A stretch of DNA of 64,000 bases from Antedon mediterranea (Eukaryota > Animalia > Echinodermata). The translations under genes were made by a program, and so were the position numbers. Shown one piece after another: positions 39,215-51,595 of the stretch; the first letter of the stretch is position 1, and every line of letters begins with the position of its first letter. The notes below the pieces were generated by a model that was not told the origin of the DNA, made no database searches, and saw only the letters and a program-made list of their open reading frames with translations. The stretch covers positions 28,210,001-28,274,000 of the forward strand of contig NC_092674.1 of the NCBI RefSeq assembly GCF_964355755.1, read 5' to 3'.

Positions 39215-40960
39215 ATAATATTTGATACTTCTTGTCTTTTAGTGGGTTCTTCCCACTTTTAATTCATCAAAGATTTATATAAACATCTGTTTCTTCGTTA
39301 CGAATTATTCTTCCTAACATAAAGTTGTTGTTATGTATTTTAAAATAATATTGTGACTACCGTATTTATATTTGGTCACACATGTAATTCGTATATAAAA
39401 TGTATATTTCACATATTAATTGCTACGCCTACATACATATATATTTACATTTTTTAGGGCCTATAATAGAAAAAAAAAAAGGCCGTGCCGTAGTTTTACT
39501 CTATGTCATTAATAATAGGGAGCTTTCGATTTGGGACGACAAAACTACGCCATGTGCGCATGCGGCATGGAACGTGTTTCCGATTCTAGATCCAGGCGTG
39601 ACGTCGATTGTGACTTGACCTAGGTTGATCCGCTCGTCGTCGCAAATCAAAATTAGCCCCCGAATTATGACTGACACGTCACGCTCTTTTTCCTTTCCTT
39701 GATACTACTGTACGTACTGTTAGATACAATAATTAGAGCATCTCTTTTGTAAATTTAAAATTAATTGAATAAATCATGTTTGCGTACATAACAAAAACGT
39801 TTTTCGTACAAAACTGTGTTCGTACAACAACAACAAGAAAGAAATGTATAGTTATACACAATACAGTAGGTCCATCCCAGAGTATTGTTATACTTTCCTG
39901 ACCGGAAATTACGAAGGGCATACAATTAAAAATTTAATACTACCCAAGGATTTCGAAAGCCATTTTGTGCAAGTTTTTAGCATTACAACTCCCTGTTGTT
40001 AGCAACGGAATATATGCCAATTATTTTAAGCTTATATTGAGGGTTGGGGAAAAAGTTTCTGGGCACCAATTTTTTTAAACCTGTGCAACGATTCATAATT
40101 TCACATTACTGTACTTACATAACTTCCTTGTGAAACTTATTCAACATATTATTCTTGTAGTTTAGACTAGAGTTTCAGGATGTGCGTGGTAAGAGTATTA
40201 TGCTGGTGGATTATCATACAGCAATACAAGGGTATATGTAAATACAATGTATAGGAATGTATTATTGTCCTTGAAAGATCCGAACGAAACAGACGTGTTC
40301 TGAATTTGGGTGTAACGGTCCGTTTACAAACACAGGTGAAACTTGTTGACTTATTCATACCGTCAAACACCGTATTGGTCCTCAACCAGGGGACAATTCT
40401 GACAAAGAAAACGTTAGTATTCATTTTTCTGAACGGTTTTTTTGACCATCATATCGTTGTTATACAGACATACGTTCAACAAAAGGGTATGCATAGTGTA
40501 GATCTAGCTAGTATTATAGTGTAGTAGTCAACAACAATGGAAGAATAATAACTTTGTCTCATATTATTTGCAGTGTTGTTTTGGTAAATACGATAGGTAG
40601 CCTAAATACAATAGCCTATCTTATGGTCGTATTTTAGATATGCCTCTGCTTTCGTTTGTTCGTTTAGAAGTCTTTAGTATAGGAGGCCTATAGGCCTAAT
40701 AGGGCCTACTCTTCTATAGGTCTTTTAGGGAGATTTACAGATCCCAACACCTAAAGTGGATCGCTCGACTGGACCGGAATCTAACCTCAATAAATGACCA
40801 TTCATGCATGGTTTGTCTGAAATATTATCACTAGCTGAATTATTTTTAACAGGCTTTCAGTATAATGCCCAACTCTACTTGTATGCCTAAATTTATAATG
40901 AATATATCTTATCTTTTAAAAATCTCCTAGCCTGCAGGTGTCAGTGGTAAACAAACAAGA

Positions 40961-43900
40961 ATGTCAGAAGAAACTAAAAAACTACCTGGACCTCGAGGAG
41001 GAGGACTTTTGGGCAGCCTAAAGGAGATCGGAGACAAGGCTCACGTGACTTGGACAAAGTGGTCTGCGACATACGGTCCTATCTATAGAGTTGATCTTGG
41101 ACCGCTGGGGGATAGTGTAGTTTTAAGTGACTATAATCTATTCAAGAAAGCTTTTGAAGGCGACTCTGATGTGTTCTCTGGTCGATATGTGTTACCAATT
41201 GTCAAGAAGTCAGGCTCGCATGGTAAGACGCATACAAATAGGGGACTACCATCTTGAGCTGCTCAAGGCCATATTGAAAAAAAAATGACTAGCTCAGTAC
41301 AAAATTGTGTCTTTTCTTACGGTAAGGTGGACGCTATTATATAACTGAAGTATGGGGGAGGGGGAGAGTTGCTTTTAGGAACGCGTAAATTGACGTATAA
41401 ACGTACTATAACCTAACGGATCAAAACGCTTTTACACATTATTGAACAAAGGTAAAATGAGGCCAAATCCAAATCAATCCTTCCTGTATTAGACAATACT
41501 GCAAGACTGAAGCTAAATATATATATATGCAATCATAACGATCGTTTGTTTACCACTTTCAGGGCCTTATCCTAACTTAAAAGCAATTTTTACATAACAA
41601 CTAAAATGTGCACAATTCATTACAATATGATAACAAGAAATTACATTAAATACAATATTGCATAGTTAACAGATGTTTAAACACCCTTTTAAATTAATTA
41701 TTGATAATATTTAACATAGTAGAATGTGCAATAAAAATAAGCTTACTCTGTGCTATGTCCTGAAGTACCCTTACACTAAACAAGATAGATCAAGGTTCTG
41801 GTAAATCAGAAACAAGATGTGGTTCTGGTACAATCAGGAACAAGATCTATGCTAGGATTGGGGTTCCGGTACAATAAGAAACACGATCTCTGGAGATCGA
41901 GGTTTTGGTACAATCTACGAGGATCGAGGTTCTGGTACAATCAGGAACAAGATCTATGCTAAGATCGAGGTTCTAGTACAATCAGAAACAAGATCTAACC
42001 AAACATCAAGGCTCTGGTACAATCAGAAACAAGATCTATGATAGGATCAAGGTTCTGGTACAATCAGAAACAAGATCTCTGAGGGATCGAGGTTGTGGTA
42101 CAATTATAAACAAGATCTATTCGAGGATCGAGGTTCCTATAAGTAATTAAGATGAACACGGATACAAAATACAATGGCATTTTGGTACTACTTTATTTAT
42201 TATAGGTTCGATGGCTTGGGAAAACGGCGAGATATTTGAGAAGCGAAGAAACCTTATGATGAAAGTTTTCGAGAAGGCCGACATTGACAAAATGACACAA
42301 AACGAAGTTGAAGCATTTTGCGACGTGCTCAAAGAAAGTCAACAAAAGTCATCTACCACTGTCTATCGAATGGTCTACGAAGCGAATTTAAACCTGACTA
42401 TCGCGTTCTGTTTTCAACGCGGGAAAAGATGTCCATACGACGACGAAACATTCAGAGAACGGATTAGATTAATGAATAACGTTCTGGAAGCGCGGAAGAA
42501 TCTTATGGCCGAGAAGGGGAATATATTTCCATTTCTATGGTCAACATGCCTGTACGGAAAATTCAGACGAATACACAACGAACAACGAACGTACATCAAC
42601 CAGGAGCTGTCTGTGCGTGACGTTGGAGATATAGGCACTGTGCAGGATCTGATGGATGGTTACGTAGCAAAGGTTGATGGGATAGATTTTCCAGCTAAAG
42701 AGTGTATTGTCCACATAATGAATACAATGGGAGCTACGATTACGCTTAAGAACGCGATGCAATGGTTAATATTGCTTATCACAAGACACCCAGAGGTTCA
42801 AACTAAGGTAGGCCTACAGTTGTTTTTTGTTTGTTTACGATCGCGACGAATGCGTATAAATGCCATAGATATCATTTCAGCGGATACGAATTAAGACGAT
42901 TATGCTTTAAAGTGTATAGGCTCTACACAACAACACACACTTAAAACATGCAGTGCAATAAGGGACGCATACCTGAAACCAGGGGTGGCGCCAGGATCTT
43001 CCCGACGCGGGGGCTACATTCCCCGACGAGGGGGCTATGCGAGCGAAGCGAGCTTCACAAGGCTGGGGGCCAGGGGGCCGCCAAGGGCCCCCGGTGGGGG
43101 TCCAGGGGGCGAAGGCCCCGGAAGCAACGCGTTCTAGCGTCATTTGAGGTCATTTTAATCAGATTTAGGGTAGCCATTTTTTCCATTTTTTGTAATGCAT
43201 AAATAAAATACTGCGTGCAAAAAAACGATGCGCGATGACTGTTTCAATCCATATTTTTCAATTTAAAAAATAAAAGTTCAAAGAAAATTTAGAAAAATAG
43301 AGTTGGAGGTCCTGGAAATTGGACTTATTATACTTCAAAACATGAAACAAAATATATAAGTCCCTATCATGGTTGTGACTGAGCTAAGAAGTGTTTGAAA
43401 AATAGAGATGTTAGGTCCCGGAAAATGCACTTCTTGTACTTCGAAATATGACCAGCTTTATTGTTGGGGCTGAGCTAAGAAAATGTTTAAAACTAGAGCT
43501 GCAGGAATTTTATACTTTGGAAACATCAGGCCCAGAGGCTTAAAAAACGCAAGCGTAGACCTTTTTCAGTCGGGGAAATAAGTTTATTCCTCCCAAGTGT
43601 ATGCCTGCGTACCATCTGGACTTCCGAGTGGTGAGAAATTCATGACATCAGGACATTGAAAATTTAATAACTTAGCTATAATAAGATGTTGGCTAAGCGA
43701 AAATGGCATGTTTTTTTGTTTAGTAATGGATGAAATATTTATTTTAGGTGCCCCACGGTACAGAAGGTTACTTGTAAATAAAAAAATTGGTGACCATACG
43801 AACAATTAACATAATTCGTTTTTGCTGTAGTGTAGCGCACGTCGACACAGTACACGACGTAACCGTCGGTAAACTTCGCCTGGAAAATAACTACAGTACA

Positions 43901-45812
43901 CATTTTGGTCCCTGGATGGAACATGATATCACGACCCAACGTTGAACGATTCGTACAACGGGATACCGCCAGACAAGTGCGTACCTATAGCTATTGTTTA
44001 GTAGTAAGTTAGATCGCTGGCAATAATGAATGCATATAAAGTGCATAATATCACTCTGACGTACTCTCACGGTCAATGAAACGTCGAGGTTTTCTAGGCG
44101 CTGAAGCTACGAAGTGAACGCGAACGAATTATATTCCCCGACAAAAAGTACCCGAACCGTCGGTAAACTTCGCCTGGAAAATAACTACATTACAAATTTT
44201 GGTCCCTGGATGGAACTTGATATCACGCGTCTCGACCCAACGTTGAACGATTCGTACAAAGGGATACCGCCAGACAAGTGCGTACCTAGCTAATGTTTAG
44301 TAGTAAGATCGCTGGCAATAATGAATGCATATAAATTGCATAATAGCACTCTGACGTACTCTCACGGTCAATGAGACGTCGCGGTTTTCTAGACGCTGAA
44401 GCTACCAAGTGAACGCGAACGTTTTTTACTGTATATTATATTCCCCGACAAAAAGTACCCGTGTTCTCTTCGGTAACCGTCGGTAAACTTTGCCTGGAAA
44501 ATAACTACATTACACATTTTGGTCCCTGGATGGAACATGATATCACGCGTCTCGACCCAACGGTGAACGATTCGTACAAAGGGATACCGCCAAACAAGTG
44601 CGTACTAGCTATTGTTTAGTAGTTAGATCTCTGGCAATAACGAATGCATAAAAGTGCATAATAGCCCTCTGACGTACTCTCACGGTCAATGGAACGTCGT
44701 GGTTTTCTAGGCGCTGAAGCTATATGAAGTGAACGTGAATTTTTTTTACTGTATGTTATATTCCCCGACAAAAAGTACCCGTGTTCCCCGACGGGGGGGC
44801 TAGGCTCCCCGACGAGGGGGATAGAGCCCCCGTAGCCCCCCCGCTGGCGCCACCACTGCCTGAAACATGCCTTATTTCTTGAAATAAAAACATAAAATAT
44901 TATTCAGACCTAAAAGGCTACGTAGCAAAGGTCGATGGGATAGATTTTCCAGCTAAAGAGTGCATTGTGCACTATGAATACAATGGGAGCTACGATTACG
45001 CTTTAGAAACGCGATACAATGGTTAATATTGCTTATCACAAGACACCCACCTATTTTGAAATGTAGCCTATATTTTAATTTGTATCATGCTATTATCTTA
45101 TAGATTCAAACTGAAGTTACGTCTGTGTTTGGTGATGAGGTTCCCACGATGGAGGGAATCGATAAAGTGCCATACACCAGCGCTACCATCTATGAAACAC
45201 TGCGTATCGCGTGTCCCGCTGCGCAAGTCGTACCTCACATGACACAAGCCGACGTCAAGTTCGAGGGATATGACATTAAAAATGAAACCGTTGTATTCGG
45301 AAATATTTGGGGACTTCATCATGATACGAAATACTGGGAAGAGCCGGAGACGTTTAACCCGGACAGATTCCTGAACAGTGAAGGGAAATTGGATCTCGAC
45401 AAAGAATCCTACGTTCCATTTGGGCTGGGTATGTAGACAATATGTATTTTTACAGTTACTGTAATACAGGGTATTATTACTTTTCATAATACAACTCAAT
45501 ACACACGGAAAACTTCCAATTCCTTCCCTTTCTTTTCCTGTTAGTTTCACATAGGCCTAATTCAAATGCGGGAAACATTTATCAAATATTATTTGATCCA
45601 TTTCAGGAAAGAGAAGATGCCCAGGAGAGACAATTGCTAAAAGGGTCATGTTTCTGTACATTGCCAGCATCTATCAACGCTATGGATTTGAAGAGGTCGA
45701 AGGTCACCCACTTCCTGACGTCAATGATGGTGTGCTTTTCGCGGGCCTACATAACCCCCCTCCTTATAAACTGAAAATTGTTTCACGCTCAGACGACAAA
45801 AATAACAAATAA
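40961..45812 (+). CDS. Cytochrome P450 copy 3: exons 40961-41222, 42206-42807, 45104-45428, 45607-45812
   Basis: Same exon structure; ETLR, FNPDRF, FGLGKRRCPG; open frame. Confidence 0.92.
41775..42137. repeat. ~35-39-bp minisatellite in CYP copy 3 intron 1
   Basis: gatcgaggttctggtacaatcagaaacaagatct recurs ~10 times; a single related unit lies in intron 1 of copies 1 and 2 (~27622-27655, 31557-31590). Confidence 0.9.
42980..44858. mobile_element. Non-autonomous hAT-like element with 3 internal ~300-bp tandem repeats
   Basis: TIR caggggtggcgccag / ctggcgccaccactg; perfect 8-bp TSD cctgaaac at 42972-42979 and 44859-44866; aaccgtcggtaaactt recurs at ~43861, 44155 and 44475. Confidence 0.92.
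44917..45048 (+). pseudogene. Frameshifted duplicate of the CYP copy 3 exon 2 I-helix segment
   Basis: Near-identical to 42658-42790 (GYVAKVDGIDFPAKECIVH..MNTMGATITL..QWLILLITRHP) with two indels and no donor. Confidence 0.9.
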
Positions 45813-46375
45813 TAAGGATAGTATATGAATTTATTACTGGTGAATAGGATTGTCGTTAAAATACAAGAAAATAAATAAATACCCCGAAGTCTAAAATAAA
45901 ATATTTGTCATTAATACATACTAATAGTGAGAATATGAAACATCATTACGGTATCTTGTGGCTTCTAATTGTAAATTTTCTAAATTTTGTCTAAAATTCG
46001 TCTCTGTATTGTATAATTATATATAAAGGAACTAATTGTAGTTAATTAAGCATGCATTACTCGAATAAAAAATGTGTCAAAGAATCGGTTATTGTATTCC
46101 CATTTGAAATTCAGTAGAGGGAGGAAGGATGCCGGATACATGCATATTTGTTTGTTTGCTTGCACATTGTAAATAATAGGGTAAATTGAATTTACAATTT
46201 TTGGGGAGATGTGTCGCGTTGCCGAACCCAGAGTGACGTGCGGGTTGGAATACGTGCAACTCCACGGTAAACTAGGCCTAGAATTTAAGAAGGTCGTACA
46301 TATACTTAATGGGACCTCCGGGTATGCTCGCTCTGCTTTATCCCGCTGACGAACAATAAGTGGGTTTACTATCAA

Positions 46376-46975
46376 CAGGGCCGTAGCCAGGATCTGTCAA
46401 GGGGGGGTTCGGACACTAAATATTTGGGTCAATGTGAACTACAGTACTTGATACCATAGATATTATAGTGTAAAATATTAATATTCACTATAATCCTCTA
46501 TGATACATTATACTTCATAGTCACACATAAATACTGATGTACGTCGGAAGGCTATATACTTTATGCATGCTGCCTGACTGCCAGTGATCTAAACAATTAT
46601 AAGTACGCAGTTGTCTGGCAGTGTCCTTTGTACGAATCGTTCGTGCGCCAGCTCGCTATGAGACGCGTCAATATCATGTTACATGCAGGGACCAAACATT
46701 TATTTTTCAGGTTGAAATCGGCAATTCATTTGCAGCTTTTAGAAATTTACAGACACGTATCACTAGTTGACGCTCATACAGAGAAGAAGGTTCACGAACA
46801 AGTTTACGAATTTTTTAATTTACAAACAACTTTTTGTACTGTGGGGCACGTATTTGGAGGATTTTTGGAGATGAGGGTGAGGTATTGGGCATGTCGGGGA
46901 TGGGGGTTCGCAGTTGGTTAAGGGGGGGGGGGGGGTTCGCCCGAACCATAAAAAAACCCCCTGGCTACGGGCCTG
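46376..46975. mobile_element. 600-bp MITE with 5-bp TSD
   Basis: cagggccgtagccagg ... cctggctacgggcctg; atcaa on both flanks. Confidence 0.85.
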
Positions 46976-47858
46976 ATCAACGTTTATATTTATAATAAAC
47001 AATACAAATTGTATACCCTGAGCTAAAATAAAATAAAGTTTTCGAGCTTATTCATTTCATCAACTGTTTAATATTCAGCCTAGCGTGACCGGGTACTCAA
47101 ACATGACCGAGGAAGAAGAGATTATCGTACAGCAGTACTCAGAACTTCACAAAGGAAAAGGTACTGCAGTATACTAATACCACAACGAGGCTCTATTGTA
47201 CGCTTGCGGTGACTGACGTGATCACAAACGGTAAACCACGACGCTTGAATATGATTGTATGTGGTTTTATGGTCCTGGTATGTGTATAGTACTGATATTT
47301 TAGTTATTATTGTATATTTATGGCTTCTGGAATGTCTTAACTACATGTTCATAGCTTTCAATTTATATATAGTAATTCTTACTTTATCTCCATTCGCAAA
47401 TTGCCTTCTAATTTAAAAAAAATATATAATGTGTACGTATTTCTTTCTGAAAGAGTTGGGTAATGTAAATTCATGGAAATTAAAAACAAACTGTTCTGTC
47501 CTCTATCAGAGCATTCGTTAGCGCCACCAGTGAATGTTTTAAAGGTTAAAACGGATTTGATATTGAGATCGCTGACCCTAGGGAAGCGTGACGTCATACG
47601 CCGTGTCATTCGTTGTTCCTCGAAAACACCCTACATTATCGATTTCCCTGAATAAAGTGTGGACTTGTCTTTCTAAACCGTATTTATTTTTAAGTATGGA
47701 GATATAATGGAAGTGGGGTATCCCGGAACCGACCAATCAAATCGCAGAACTGTATACGTTACAATAAGCTCTGTCTGAGTAATACATATTTAACGAGACA
47801 GAACGGATTCTACTACTAGCACAGGTAAACGTATGTTTATGTCAAACTAGTATTAATA

Positions 47859-50800
47859 ATGGCAGACGGTAGTGATGAAGACAAGAGGGTTATCCCTGGA
47901 CCCCGCCCAGCAGCCAGACTAGGTAATTTAAAGGACATAAAACCAAAAGCCCACTTAAGTTGGACAGAATGGTGTGCGGAGTATGGACCGGTGTGTCGAG
48001 TGGATCTGGGACCTCTCGGTGACAGTGTTTTACTGGGTAACTTCGATGTTATAAGGAAAGCCTTTGAAGACAATTCAGATGCATTTTCAGCACGTTTTGT
48101 TCTACCAATCGCTGAAAAGGATGGAACAAGAGGTAGGCTAATTATTCAGTCGGTTTTTACATCATTGTTGGGTTTAAGGAGGAATTAAGGGTGGGGTCAG
48201 ATGGGTGCAATATTGGTTATCAGTCGACCATCCCTTATTTAAATTACATTCACACTGATAGCATAATCCCGGTTAGATCACAGGTTAATAATATTTGAAA
48301 AAAGAGAGACTAAAAAGAAGATTCACAATCACAGAAAGTGAGTGAACGTGAGTACCGGAAGTAAAAATGTTCTAATGACAATACCCAGTGTAACGTACGT
48401 TGAGAGTCGATAAAATAAATAAAACAAATATTGTATATGGCTTACTATAATTCTAATGGTTTTGAATATATATCAGTCATTTTATTGATTTCCGCAATTT
48501 AATCTTTCGATCTAAGCCTACTCAACAATTTTATTTTGAATTTTAATATACTAAATCTGAAAGACTAAAGTTCTGTCTACACTATAAAAAATGATGTGAC
48601 AAAAAATGTGATGTGCCCATGGAATGAACTATTATTATGATGATCACTACCATATTTGGAAATATCACTGCCATATTTGAGAACATCAGTCAAACTAGTT
48701 TGATCGTGTAGACATTACAGTTTAAAGGAAGGAATAGGCCTAATGTATATAATATACTTATACTATATACAGTACTTGACTTAGATATACCGGACTTTTG
48801 TGTCTGATTATTGTGTTTAGCAATCGGAACTGTACCGGAACTTATAATATTCCGGATGGAAATATCAGTTTGTGTAGGCATTCAAGAATGGCATCTTACG
48901 GACACCACCCAATGCAATTTGCTAGCCTAGAATGAAAGAATATTTCTCCATTGTAAAACCAAATGTGTAGGCCTAAACATAAATGTTTGCGTCATCGACA
49001 AACTATTATAGGCCGTAAAATCAGGTTTATTACCGATATACTAATTGGGTGGGATGAGGTTGAGTAAACCCTAGCCTAAACACATTCTCACTTGTGTATG
49101 AACTGTGTATGCCAAAATATGCAAAAGCTATTTTTTACGATTTGCAGGGGTATATTTAACATCTAACATTACTGAGTCAGAACAATATAATTAGTTCCAC
49201 CAGGTTCCCTGGTTCCACAAAGCTTCGTTTCGACAGACGCAAGCGCAACTTTGGTAGGCCTACAGTAATTCAACCAATCGCGACTGATTATTCAAATCAG
49301 TTGCGTACAGCCTACGCCATTGTCATGCGTCCAATTGCAGACCAATCTGTATTATTATATATTATTTAAGTACAAACACAGTTCATGTTAGTATTTTGTC
49401 TGCCTACTGCACACACACTATATAATCCTTTCCTTTGTTATACAATATATAGGTACAATGACGTGGGAAAATAATGAAGTATTCGACAAACGCAGAGAAT
49501 TATTAACAACAGTCATGAAACAAGTGGACATTGAGAAATTGGCACGAAACGAGGCAACGGCAATCTGTGAAGTTCTAAACAAAAACAAGGATTCATCGTC
49601 TGATCTCGTTTATCGTCTGATGGAAGAAGCGAATTTAAACATGATATCAACGTTTTGTTTTCGACGAGAACAACGATGTCCCTACGATGACCCGAACTTT
49701 TGTGAATTAAAGAAACGTATCGGAGAAATGAATAAAAAACTGAAGAATTTGATGGCAGAACCAGCTAATTTGTTTCCAGTGTTGTGGGTTTTCTACTTCG
49801 GATTTCGAAGAGCGCGTAAAAACTTGCGTTGCCTTGTCGGCAAAGAGTTGGAGACGCACAAAGAAACGTTAGACGCGACCAGTGTACGGGATCTCATGGA
49901 TGGATACTTGACTAAGGCAGGTGGGATAGAGTTCCCCGCAGAAGAGTGTTTAGCTAACATAATGAACTTGATGGGAGCAACGATTACGCTTAAGAACACG
50001 TTTCAATGGCTTCTTTTACTTATCACCAAGCATCCAGAAGTTCAAACGAAGGTAAAATCTGGCTCCTACCCAGTGGCGTAAAGCCTAACTCAGACAGCAT
50101 CGTACAACGAGGCCCGACGTGTCGTCTTGATTCGTCGGTGCTGTCCGAGTTTGAAATAGCGTCGGGCGTAGTTTTTAAGACGTCGGGAAAACATTAAACA
50201 TGTTTTATTTCTCCCGACGAGACTACCCGTCGTACAACGCTGTCTGAGTAGCCCTTAACTTAACGCAGAGGCCCTGGGTGTTTTTAGTCCTTTTCGACAT
50301 ATTTTGATGCCTGTTTTACCTCTGGACACTGCTTAGGGGCCCTATAAGATCCGGGGCCCCTAGATTTAGCCGCTCATAGCCGTTACGCTACTGCTCCTCT
50401 ACCGGAATAATTTTTCCCTGCCTAGACAAGTATCATTATTAATCGTAGCGGGATGTACATATTTTATTTTCTAGATTCAAGATGAAGTAACGTCTGTGTT
50501 TGGTGACGACACACCAACGATGGCGAACGTTGACAAACTTCCGTACACAAACGCCACCATCTACGAAACGCTACGTTTTGCGTGCCCGGCGACGCAGTTT
50601 GTGCCGCACGCTACGCAAGCAGATGCTAAGTTCGAGGGTTACGACATCAAGAAAGATACCGTTGTATTTGCAAATATTTGGGGACCGCATCGTGATGCGA
50701 AATACTGGGATGAACCGGAGAAGTTCAACCCCGATCGGTTCTTGGACAGTGAAGGGAAACTTGATCTCAACAAAGAGTCTTACATACCCTTTGGACTAGG

Positions 50801-51595
50801 TTTGTATCATTTATAACTTATTACCAGTTGTACGCGTACAAAATGAATTAGTAATGTGACCAATCACGACGCGATAAATCGAATGAGCTGTCGTGATTGC
50901 TCAGCTCTCTTGTTGCGCCCGAGTAGTGGGAACACAGCTTTAAGCTACTTATTCACACCTTTCCGTTTGGTTAAATAATGGCAATCATTATTAATAAACA
51001 TACCATATCTCGTAACCATTTCCGACACGGCTTCCTATAGTGTTTTGATTGTAAAACCATTAAGGAAATGGTAAAACAATGTGATAGATAGTAAAATTAT
51101 CCGAATAGGCCTACCCTTTTTTGTATTATTCATTATCTACGCAACGTAAGAAAATGCCCTTCCAATAATAATTGTGTTTTCCCCCGCCTCATGCGTGAAA
51201 TCAAACCTGCGATGTTTGCAGCACTGTTGCGCTCGGCTCCCACTTGTGATTACGCAATACAGCACTTTCAATACGTCGTTGCGTTGCGTCGCTAGGGAAC
51301 CACGCTTAACAGGGAAATATTTGATTGGTCTAAAATTGTTTCAAAACGGAACGAGGCTGTGAAAAAAACATTTAATATTGATAATTATTTTGATTTTGAT
51401 TCAATTACAGGAAAAAGACGATGTCCAGGGGAGACGTACGCTAAAAACGCCATGTTCATCTTTCTTGCCAATATCTACCAACGTTATGGCTTCCAAGCGG
51501 TTGCTGGCGAAACGCTTCCAGACGTCGCCGACGGAGTTATAAATATCGGGCTTCATAACCCACCACCCTACAACCTGAAAATAGTGGTGCGGTAA
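47859..51595 (+). CDS. Cytochrome P450 copy 4 (most divergent, 460 aa): exons 47859-48132, 49453-50051, 50475-50799, 51411-51595
   Basis: IPGP hinge, ETLR, FNPDRF, FGLGKRRCPG; same intron positions. Confidence 0.93.
50071..50393. mobile_element. MITE (cagtggcgta...tacgctactg) with nested MITE 50081-50257
   Basis: Inner termini actcagacagcatcgtac / gtacaacgctgtctgagt interrupt the outer left TIR. Confidence 0.65.

Noticed and set aside
42907-43202. GC-rich short ORFs
   Set aside because: They are subterminal sequence of the hAT-like element with no protein motifs
45098-45550. Antisense ORFs over CYP exons (also 28611-28898, 27705-27899, 57579-57983)
   Set aside because: Shadows of the coding strand; their similarity follows from paralogy
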